A stretch of 32,000 bases of DNA from Demequinaceae bacterium (GCA_965250005.1 OZ252279.1:1320001-1352000); one strand, 5' to 3'. Positions 18,175-25,269 are shown, numbered from the stretch's first letter. Program-made: numbers and translations. Notes: generated by a model not told the origin, from the letters alone.

Positions 18175-18771
18175 CTACTCACCCGCACGTTCAAGCACTC
18201 CGTTGTTCTCTCTGTAGGTAGCTCCCGTGGCGGGGCAGCGCCACCGGTCGCCACCGAAATCCTCGAGAGGCACTCCAGCCTCGCCTACCCAGCGGATGCG
18301 CCGTGCGGGGACTCCCGCAACAAGTGCAAAATCTTGCACGTCTTTGGTGACCACGGCTCCCGCCGCAACCGTCGCCCACCTGCCAATAGTTACCGGTGCC
18401 ACGCACACTGCGCGCGCGCCGATGGACGCACCTTCGAGGATAGTTACGCCCACAGGCTGCCAATCGTGGGAGGTCTTGCTGCTGCCATCGGGATTGATTG
18501 CGCGCGGGTACTGGTCGTTGGTGAGAACGGCTGCCGGGCCAATGAACACTCCGTTGCCGAGCGACGCGGGCTCGTAGACGAGCGCATAGTTTTGCACCTT
18601 GCACCCGTCTCCCATGCTTACTCCGGTGCCGATGTAGGCACCGCGGCCCACAACACAGTTCTCGCCCAATACGGCGCCTTCGCGAACCTGCGCGAGGTGC
18701 CAGATGGCAGACCCTTCGCCAATTTGGGCATCGGACGCGACATCGGCTGAATCTGCAATATTGGTGGCCAC
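18175..18771 (-). CDS. Left-handed beta-helix (hexapeptide-repeat) N-acetyltransferase (WbpD-like)
   Basis: Repeated [LIV]G-x4 hexapeptide pattern throughout; 198 aa. GTG start with GGAGG 7 nt upstream. Confidence 0.85.
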   Translation of the reverse strand: MATNIADSADVASDAQIGEGSAIWHLAQVREGAVLGENCVVGRGAYIGTGVSMGDGCKVQNYALVYEPASLGNGVFIGPAAVLTNDQYPRAINPDGSSKTSHDWQPVGVTILEGASIGARAVCVAPVTIGRWATVAAGAVVTKDVQDFALVAGVPARRIRWVGEAGVPLEDFGGDRWRCPATGATYRENNGVLERAGE

Positions 18772-18958
18772 CGGGATACCTCCGACATATGGGCGTTGCG
18801 GTCACCGCAAGTCTAGCGGCGCCGCTAAGGGCGGCCGCTGCCCCCGTCCACGGGCAGCCGCAAGCCAAACGATACGCCCGTTGCTCGCGGATAGGATGGG
18901 CGAACAACCGCCCCGCATGGTGGCGAGAATCGGGGCAACGGTGGGGAAGAAGAAGGGC

Positions 18959-20380
18959 ATGCAGGCCTCACTCGACGGCGAGCGCATCGTCATGCTCGTA
19001 TTGTCGAACTTGCCCATGGACGCCCGGGTGCTCAAGTCCGCGCGCGCGGTAGCCGCGGCTGGCGGTGACCTGACTGTGATCTGGTCGGCCGTGACCGTCA
19101 CCGAGCGCACGGACGAGCAAATGGGCAACTTCCGAGCCATCGGGCTCCCGCTGGGGCACCACCACCACTTCCGGCGTGGGGCTCGGCGCAGCTGGTTACC
19201 GCGGTTCCCGGGCTACCGGGACGATGATGTTGCCGCCACCGCACACGCCCGACTCCACTCCGAGCGAACTCCCGCGCGAGCCCGCCTCGCGATTCATGAC
19301 GCGCGCGTGAGCGTAGGCCGGTTCCAGCGGCGTGTAGTTAAAGCCATCAGGTGGCGCTGGGACAAGTACCGGGCGCCACTCGGTCTGGTGCGCTGGACCA
19401 CAGAGTTGCCCGAACTCCACGAGTTTTCCGACGCCGTCAGCAGTGAGATCGTAGAACTTCGCCCAACGATCCTCCACGCGCACGATGTGCACGCGATCCA
19501 CGTCGCCAACCACGTGAAGGGCATGCTTCGGGGCGAGGGCGTAGACACGGTCGTCGTCTACGACGCGCACGAGTACGTCCGCGGAGCCGGCGGTCACAAA
19601 CCTGCAGTCCGTGCAGCGTGGCGACAAGTGGAGAAGCGCTCCATCGGCAGCGCCGATGCTGTCATCACCGTGAGCGAGCCCATTGCCGAGGCGCTCCGCC
19701 ACTACTTCAACCTTCGCGTGCTTCCCGAGGTGGTGCTCAACACTCCGTGGCGAACGGAGCAGGCGTCGTCCAAGCGCGATTTGCGACGCGATTGCGGGCT
19801 CGCGCTCGACGTCCCGCTCGCTGTCTACTCCGGCGTGCTCCGTCTGCCGCGCGGGGTCGACGATGTGGTGCGCGCACTCCCCGGCGTCCCCAGCGTTCAC
19901 CTCGCCGTCGTCTGCGTGCCTGGCATCAATGCGCCCACGGTGACCCACCTCCGGACGGTGATCGACGAGGCCGGCGTGTCCGATCGCGTGCACCTGCTCG
20001 ACCCTGTTCCGAGCGACTCCATCGTCAGCTTCATTGCGAGCGCAGACCTGGGCATCCATCCTTTGCGCCGCGGCGCCGACAATCACGACATGGCGCTGCC
20101 GAACAAGCTCTTCGACTACATCCACGCGGGCCTGCCGCTGGTGGTGAGCAGTGCGCTCAGCATGGCGGAGTTCGTCACTACGAACGCTCTGGGTGAGGTG
20201 TTCAAATCGGGCGATCCTGCGGACTGCGCTCGGGCGCTAGCCCGTGCTGTCGACGGCGATGCTGACGCGTCCTTCAAGGCCAAGTCTGTCGCACTCCGCA
20301 ACGAATTCAGCTGGGAGACGCAGTCGGCAGGCATTCTGCGTGCTTACCGAACAGCGCAAGCGACCCGGACGAGCGCGTGA
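18959..20380 (+). CDS. Glycosyltransferase family 4/1 (GT-B)
   Basis: IVMLVLSNLPMDARVLKSARAVAAAG N-terminal GT4-like region and C-terminal NKLFDYIHAGLPLVVS. The ATG at 18959 follows GGGGAAGAAGAAGGG. The longest ORF start (18704) would overlap the divergent acetyltransferase gene. 18896 and 18917 are alternative starts. Confidence 0.8.
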   Translation: MQASLDGERIVMLVLSNLPMDARVLKSARAVAAAGGDLTVIWSAVTVTERTDEQMGNFRAIGLPLGHHHHFRRGARRSWLPRFPGYRDDDVAATAHARLHSERTPARARLAIHDARVSVGRFQRRVVKAIRWRWDKYRAPLGLVRWTTELPELHEFSDAVSSEIVELRPTILHAHDVHAIHVANHVKGMLRGEGVDTVVVYDAHEYVRGAGGHKPAVRAAWRQVEKRSIGSADAVITVSEPIAEALRHYFNLRVLPEVVLNTPWRTEQASSKRDLRRDCGLALDVPLAVYSGVLRLPRGVDDVVRALPGVPSVHLAVVCVPGINAPTVTHLRTVIDEAGVSDRVHLLDPVPSDSIVSFIASADLGIHPLRRGADNHDMALPNKLFDYIHAGLPLVVSSALSMAEFVTTNALGEVFKSGDPADCARALARAVDGDADASFKAKSVALRNEFSWETQSAGILRAYRTAQATRTSA

Positions 20381-20781
20381 GACTTGCGGGGTCACGTGCC
20401 GAGTCGCTTTGACCACGTCCGATAATAGGCCACAATTGACGTCCGCTTCCGGAACGGGCGTCCACCTGCGCGTAGGTCATCATCCACTCGGACACGCCCT
20501 GCTCGTGGTCAGACTGCTTCAACACGCCCCTTCCTTCCGACGCGTCGGGCTGCACCCACCGGCTCTACGCGATCGGCGTGGCGTCAGGTCCCACCCACGG
20601 CAACATCAGCATCGTGCTCGCGGCGACCGGCGTTGACGTCATTTTGACCGCGAAGCTCGCGGCGCTGCTCCTCGCGTTCGGCGCAGCAACCCTTGTGCTG
20701 AGCCGCCAAGTCCTTGCCCACGACTGGTAGGCGGGCCTCTCTCCCCTGGGCTCGGGCTCGCACGGCGAAAGACCCCATGCT

Positions 20782-21690
20782 GTGCCACTATGGGCGCATG
20801 AAGAAACGCTCCGTCTAGTCGTGACCGCTGCCGTCCTCACCGTCGCACTTTCAGGCTGCGTCCGTATGTCCACGGATGTTGAGGTGTACTCCGACAACAC
20901 CATCTCTGAGACAATGGAGACGGCCTTCGACCGCGAACTGATGGGGATCGCAGAGGGAGACAACAGCTTCTTCGACAGCCCCGAGTTCTCGGAGATTGAC
21001 TCAGTGATCGACGATCTCGCCGCGATTGGCGTCCACGATGTGTTGGTGGAGCAGATCAGCACGCCAAGCGAATTTGGTCTTCGGGTAACCACAGAACATG
21101 TCCCGCTCGAGATCATGGAAAGTGACGAGTACCGTGCGCTGATGGAGGCAAATGGAACCGCCCCGGCCACGCTTGAGCGCGACGGCGACGTCTTCCGCCT
21201 GAAGATCTCCGGCGCGGACTTGTCTAAGGAACCCGGGTTCGAAGACATCGCCCCGAGGCAACTCGAACTCTTATTCGACGTCAACGTCACCTGGACATTC
21301 CCGGGGCCTGTGATCGAGACCAGTGCGGGCACGGTCGACGGTAATTCAGTCACCTTCACCGCAAAGGACGTCTTCGCTGGCAAAGACATCATCGTCGTCG
21401 CAAGCGCCGCTCCAAAGGCTTCAATTCCGACGTGGATTTGGGCCGTACTTGGATTGCTCGTTCTTGCCGTCGGAGCGGCGCTACTCGTGCTGTTGGATCA
21501 GCGAGGCAAGGCGCGCGCAGTCGCGGATGCGCCCGCCCCAACGGCCAACGCCGCCGTTGCCTCAGCGCCGGAATCGGGGCTAGAGGAATCTAACCCTTTC
21601 CTGAGGGCCGTCCCCATCGCGACAACTGCCCCAAAGCCGAAAGCCGCTAAGAAGCCAGCCACCACCAAGAACGCGCCGCCAAAGAAATAG
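20782..21690 (+). CDS. LppM/DUF3153-like lipoprotein with a C-terminal TM anchor and a Lys/Pro/Ala-rich tail
   Basis: Lipobox LSGC followed by VRMSTDVEVYSDNTISE, and a late TM helix IWAVLGLLVLAVGAALLVLL. The start is ambiguous (see finding). Confidence 0.7.
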   Translation: MPLWAHEETLRLVVTAAVLTVALSGCVRMSTDVEVYSDNTISETMETAFDRELMGIAEGDNSFFDSPEFSEIDSVIDDLAAIGVHDVLVEQISTPSEFGLRVTTEHVPLEIMESDEYRALMEANGTAPATLERDGDVFRLKISGADLSKEPGFEDIAPRQLELLFDVNVTWTFPGPVIETSAGTVDGNSVTFTAKDVFAGKDIIVVASAAPKASIPTWIWAVLGLLVLAVGAALLVLLDQRGKARAVADAPAPTANAAVASAPESGLEESNPFLRAVPIATTAPKPKAAKKPATTKNAPPKK

Positions 21691-21695
21691 CGTTT

Positions 21696-21713
21696 ACGCG
21701 CGCCGACGCGCGT
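21696..21713 (+). terminator. GC-rich hairpin immediately after the stop codon (candidate tail-less terminator)
   Basis: ACGCGCG-ccga-CGCGCGT, a 7-bp stem starting 6 nt after the TAG at 21688..21690. No U-tract follows. Confidence 0.3.
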
Positions 21714-21943
21714 CCCAAGCCAGAACGACGCGGCCACCCTTCCTGTCGTCAACTCCGCAGTTCTAATCCAAGCGACCGCTGAGGATTGCGAGGGCCACAG
21801 GAAACTTGAAGGACTTCCGTGACAAGCGTTAGTTCCTGAGTCACTGTGAGGCCTATTAGCTGGAGCTGACATTGGTCAACAACGTTCGGAGCTCCACGTG
21901 CCGTGTGAGCAAACTTGAATCCCGACGATGCCACGTACTCAGC

Positions 21944-22558
21944 CTAGGCAGGCGCCGGTGGCGGTTCGCTGGTTCCGCCCAGAAGCCATCCGATCACCGC
22001 GCCGACGTCATGCTCCCATGGCATCTCACTGTGGAGTTCAGGCGGCCACAGGTTGCCCAAAATGGCGTGGCCGTGCATCGTCGCCCATAGGCTGCCCGCG
22101 AGAAGCGCAGCCCCTACGCCACGACGGTCAATGTCGCCTGCGTCGATCGCAGCGGCAACGGCGTCCCGGAACAAGACGAACGACGCGGCGGCGCAGCTAC
22201 TCACGTGCGCGGATCTCTCGAAGTCGGGGACTGGAGCCGCGAACATCAGCTCGTACTGGACCGGTCGCGACACGGCGAACTGGGTGTAGGCGGCGCACCG
22301 CACAGCGATCGCGGCCGCGCTGGGCGGCATCCCCTCGGACGCGGCAACAACCGCGGCATCGAGCCGATCGAATCCATCGACCAGTATCGCGTCAAGCAAT
22401 CCGGGCCTACCGTTGAAGTACGTGTAAAGGCCCGTGGTGGAGCAGCCAGACGCGGCGGCAACGGTCCTCACCGTCAGCCCGCGCTCGCCGTCCCGCGCGA
22501 GTATCACAAGCGCTTCGCGCAGGATTCTGTCGCGTTGGGCAGGATTCGATACGGGCAT
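21944..22558 (-). CDS. TetR/AcrR family transcriptional regulator
   Basis: HTH region RDRILREALVILARDGERGLTVRTVAAASGCSTTGLYTYFNGRPGLL. TAACGT lies 5 nt upstream of the ATG (plus coordinates 22564..22569). Confidence 0.85.
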   Translation of the reverse strand: MPVSNPAQRDRILREALVILARDGERGLTVRTVAAASGCSTTGLYTYFNGRPGLLDAILVDGFDRLDAAVVAASEGMPPSAAAIAVRCAAYTQFAVSRPVQYELMFAAPVPDFERSAHVSSCAAASFVLFRDAVAAAIDAGDIDRRGVGAALLAGSLWATMHGHAILGNLWPPELHSEMPWEHDVGAVIGWLLGGTSEPPPAPA

Positions 22559-22600
22559 GACCTACGTTATCGCGGCAGGACTGTGGAGCGGCGCGGCGCG

Positions 22601-23329
22601 CTAGTGGGATGCCTCCCAGTCCTCAATTGCGGCGGCGAGCAGCGCGGCGAGTTCGTCGTACCCTTCGCCTGCCGCGCGCGAGCTCGCGTAGTGAGTTGAA
22701 CCATCGACGATGGTGGGGTCGGAGCCTTGCTCGACAAGGTACAGCGCGGTTTCGGTCTGGCCGCGGAACGCTGCCCACAGCAGCGCGTGACCGCCCGCAC
22801 CGTCCTTGATATCGATCTCCACACCAGCCGCGAGTAGCGAGGCCATGACCTCGGTCGCGCCGAAACTCGCCGCGACATGGATCGGTGCGCGCGACGGAAA
22901 CGCGTTGTCTCGCAGGAGCGGATTGGCGCCTGCGGCGAGAAGAGTGTCGACGCACGCGGCACAGTCCGCCTTTGCGGCCAAATGGAGTGGGGTCCAGCCG
23001 TCGTCATCGGCAGCGTCGAGCTGGGCGCCCGCCTCCACGAGCGCCGTCACGGCGCCAGGGCTCGCCGCTTCCGAGGCGATCTGTAGTGCGGTGCGTCCGT
23101 CGATCACGGCCTGCGGGCCGGAGTCGGCGATGAGAGTCGCGAGCGCGTCGTCGTCGCCGGCTTCTATTGCGGCAGTCCACTCGGCCCCGTTGGGCGCGGC
23201 GACTAGAGGTCGAACAGCTCCTCGAGGACACGCGCCACTCCGTCGTCCTCGGAGCGCTCGGCGACGTGGTTGGCTGCGGCTTTCGCGTCCGGGTGCCCGT
23301 TGCCAACGGCGTACGACGTGCCCGCCCAT
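22601..23329 (-). CDS. Ankyrin-repeat protein (about 4-5 ANK repeats)
   Basis: GRTALQIASEAASPGAVTALVEAGAQLD, DGWTPLHLAAKADCAACVDTLLAAGANP, APIHVAASFGATEVMASLLAAGVEID, GHALLWAAFRGQTETALYLVEQGSDP. The 5' end is unresolved (ATG 23329 overlaps the HAD gene by 127 nt; the next canonical start, GTG 23107, truncates repeat 1). Confidence 0.7.
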   Translation of the reverse strand: MGGHVVRRWQRAPGRESRSQPRRRALRGRRSGACPRGAVRPLVAAPNGAEWTAAIEAGDDDALATLIADSGPQAVIDGRTALQIASEAASPGAVTALVEAGAQLDAADDDGWTPLHLAAKADCAACVDTLLAAGANPLLRDNAFPSRAPIHVAASFGATEVMASLLAAGVEIDIKDGAGGHALLWAAFRGQTETALYLVEQGSDPTIVDGSTHYASSRAAGEGYDELAALLAAAIEDWEASH

Positions 23330-24003
23330 GAAAGCATCGGGATATCATTCGGGGCGTCCCCGAACGCGAGGACGTCCATCGCCGCGAAGCCCAGCGCGCC
23401 CGCATAACGCTCGAGAGCCGACGCCTTGGTCACGCCGTGCGGAGATAGCTCGAGCAGTGAGTCGTCTACTCCGCTGTGCGATGTGTCCGCTATGCCGTTG
23501 AGGAGGGGAGCGATGCGGGCGATCATCGCATCCGCGCCGCCGTTACCCTTGGCGTGCGCCAACACCTTGAATACGGCGCCGGCCTGCACGGCGGCAAGGT
23601 CCTCGAAGAGCCCAACCTCGTGGGGCGGAAAGTCCATCGAATGCGGAGTGCCTTCGCGCTCAATAGACATGCCCTCGGCCGATTCGACGGCGAGCTTTAC
23701 GCCCGGGAGTTCGCTGCGCAGCACTGCCGCGACCTCGAGCATGTGCTCGGCGGTGATCGTGGTCTGATTCTCAATCGCGGACGTTGACAGGTCCATGACT
23801 GCCGCCCCGTTCGCGATGATGGCTCTCCCGCCGGTGCCCATCGCATCGGCCACGCGCCGCATCCATCGGGGCGGCCGGGCAGTGACGAGGACGAAGGGAA
23901 CACCCGCGTCACCTAGTGCGCTGAAGGTGCGGACCGTGCGTTTCGAGATCTCGCCGCCATGGGGAAGGATCGTGCCGTCGATGTCTGTCGCCACGAACTT
24001 CAC
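23203..24003 (-). CDS. HAD-IIB (Cof-type) phosphatase
   Basis: Motif I FVATDIDGTIL, motif II LVTARP, and the C-terminal GDAPNDIPML motif. GTG start 4 nt after the HNH stop. Confidence 0.85.
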   Translation of the reverse strand: MKFVATDIDGTILPHGGEISKRTVRTFSALGDAGVPFVLVTARPPRWMRRVADAMGTGGRAIIANGAAVMDLSTSAIENQTTITAEHMLEVAAVLRSELPGVKLAVESAEGMSIEREGTPHSMDFPPHEVGLFEDLAAVQAGAVFKVLAHAKGNGGADAMIARIAPLLNGIADTSHSGVDDSLLELSPHGVTKASALERYAGALGFAAMDVLAFGDAPNDIPMLSWAGTSYAVGNGHPDAKAAANHVAERSEDDGVARVLEELFDL

Positions 24004-24007
24004 ATGA

Positions 24008-24427
24008 TCAGGCTAACCCTGCGGAGCACAGCCTACTTGCGCCTCGCGGCAGGCCTCTAGACCGACGGCTCCCGGAGCCTCGCCCCGATCCGATCCGATC
24101 CGATCCGATCCGAACGTACCGCGTCAGGAACGCGCGCTCATCCAAGCGCTTGCGGCGCATCCAGCTGGTGACCTCGTCGTTGGACTTGGACGCGTTGCAC
24201 GAGCGGCACGCGGGAACGACGTTCTCGAGCGTGTAGCGGCCGCCGCGTGAAATGGGGAGGACAGTGTCCTTCTGAAGCGCGACGCCAGTGGCGCCACAGT
24301 ACGCGCACCCTCCCCAGGCGTCCTGAATGGCAGCCCACTGCTCTGCCGTGAGGTTGTTGTCCGCTGCGGCAACGCGCTTGGAGCGCCTGCGCGCCGCGCG
24401 CGCCCTGCGGCTCTGATTGACGGCCAT
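24008..24427 (-). CDS. HNH-fold zinc-finger protein; first catalytic His replaced by Thr
   Basis: CAYC...CRSC zinc-binding pairs and QKDTVLPISRGGRYTLENVVPACRSCNASK, which matches the DH...N...CN HNH layout except D-T instead of D-H. The Thr codon ACT lies at 24263..24265. Confidence 0.75.
   Translation of the reverse strand: MAVNQSRRARAARRRSKRVAAADNNLTAEQWAAIQDAWGGCAYCGATGVALQKDTVLPISRGGRYTLENVVPACRSCNASKSNDEVTSWMRRKRLDERAFLTRYVRIGSDRIGSGRGSGSRRSRGLPRGASRLCSAGLA
24087..24111. repeat. Pentanucleotide tandem repeat GATCC x5 inside the 3' end of the HNH gene
   Basis: Read directly: five perfect contiguous copies, with partial copies on both flanks (24085..24113). Confidence 0.95.
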
Positions 24428-24439
24428 GCCGCCAGATTA
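24428..24439 (-). promoter_or_regulatory. Candidate leaderless promoter -10 for the HNH gene
   Basis: Minus strand TAATCT (plus coordinates 24434..24439), then 6 nt, then the ATG at 24427. Confidence 0.4.
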
Positions 24440-24617
24440 GGTCGTCGTGCTCACGCCACGCCAGCGGCTCGCAGGGTGATCAGCCGCTCCTTGACAAACG
24501 GCGGCGTCATTGCGCGCGGCAGCCCCGAGTAGTTCGGGCCGAAACGCATCTCGGTGCCCCAGGGCAACGAGCGTCCGAATGGAGGTGCCGCGCCCTCACG
24601 CTCGTGGCCGCACATCG

Positions 24618-24629
24618 TAGTCTCGAGAC
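24618..24629 (+). promoter_or_regulatory. Candidate leaderless promoter -10 for the 24630 gene
   Basis: TAGTCT (24618..24623), then 6 nt, then the ATG at 24630. Confidence 0.4.
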
Positions 24630-25235
24630 ATGGGAATCACAGACGCCCTGTCCTACTCCCTGGGACGCCGCGACCAAGAAGCGAATATCCGCGTGGGCGA
24701 GCGCCTTGCCGCCGAGCCCGATCCGAGCGCCGTCGCGGAACTCGTGGCAACGCTAGACGCGGAGGAGGGGACGCTCGCAGGCGACGCTTCCAAAGCGCTG
24801 GAGGAGCTCGCCCTGCGCGACTCTGCGCAGGTGGCGCCGCACGCCGCAGCGATCGCTCGGCACCTCGCCAGCAGCGACAACCGCATGGTGTGGGGTGTCA
24901 CTACGGTCATGCGCGCAGTGGCGCTCAAATACCCAGACGCCGTCGCACCGCATGTCGGTGCACTCATCGCCGCAGTCAACACAGGATCAGTCATTACGCA
25001 AGATCACGGCATCGGGGCGCTCGCGGCCACCGGCGATCCGGCGGCACTCGACTATGCAATCAAGCACGTGCGCGACTGCGGACCAACGCACGTGGCACTG
25101 CGAGGCGAGCGCATCGCCCCGTACGTCGGCGACCGTATGCCCGAGTTTCGCGATGTGCTCGAGTCCCGCCTGCCCGAGGTGACGGACAGTGCCGCACGCC
25201 GCATCCGCACCTTGCTTGCCCCGACCAGCGGCTAG
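24630..25235 (+). CDS. Hypothetical all-alpha protein, HEAT/ARM-like repeats
   Basis: 201-aa ORF with periodic helical A/L-rich segments (AVAELVATL, ASKALEELA, APHAAAIARHL, APHVGALIAAV). No catalytic motif recognised. Confidence 0.6.
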   Translation: MGITDALSYSLGRRDQEANIRVGERLAAEPDPSAVAELVATLDAEEGTLAGDASKALEELALRDSAQVAPHAAAIARHLASSDNRMVWGVTTVMRAVALKYPDAVAPHVGALIAAVNTGSVITQDHGIGALAATGDPAALDYAIKHVRDCGPTHVALRGERIAPYVGDRMPEFRDVLESRLPEVTDSAARRIRTLLAPTSG

Positions 25236-25269
25236 CCGCGAGGCGCCGTCGAGTGTCAGACGACGCGCG

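Noticed and set aside
18704-18958. Long N-terminal extension of the GT4 glycosyltransferase ORF (start at 18704)
   Set aside because: It would overlap the divergent acetyltransferase gene by 68 nt and cover its RBS and promoter. The extension is Arg/Pro/Ala-rich with no GT homology. The ATG at 18959, with its purine-rich upstream tract, gives a typical GT4 N-terminus.
19196-20125. 309-aa minus-strand ORF
   Set aside because: It lies antisense to the GT4 glycosyltransferase gene. It has no recognisable motifs and a shadow-ORF composition rich in Arg, Val, Asp and Gly.
20565-21392. 275-aa minus-strand Ser/Thr-rich ORF
   Set aside because: It lies antisense to the LppM-like lipoprotein gene, which has a lipobox, a TM anchor and sensible composition. 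The minus-strand product is low-complexity.
21802-21919. A MITE or IS remnant flanked by the 9-bp direct repeat AAACTTGAA
   Set aside because: The inner ends of the 100-bp segment show no terminal inverted repeats, and no transposase fragment is present. It is kept only as a low-interest observation.
24085-24113. Possibility that the short tandem repeats (here, and at 552..578 and 4409..4434) represent a CRISPR array
   Set aside because: The units are 5-11 bp and directly abutting with no spacers, and all lie within coding sequence. No cas genes are present.
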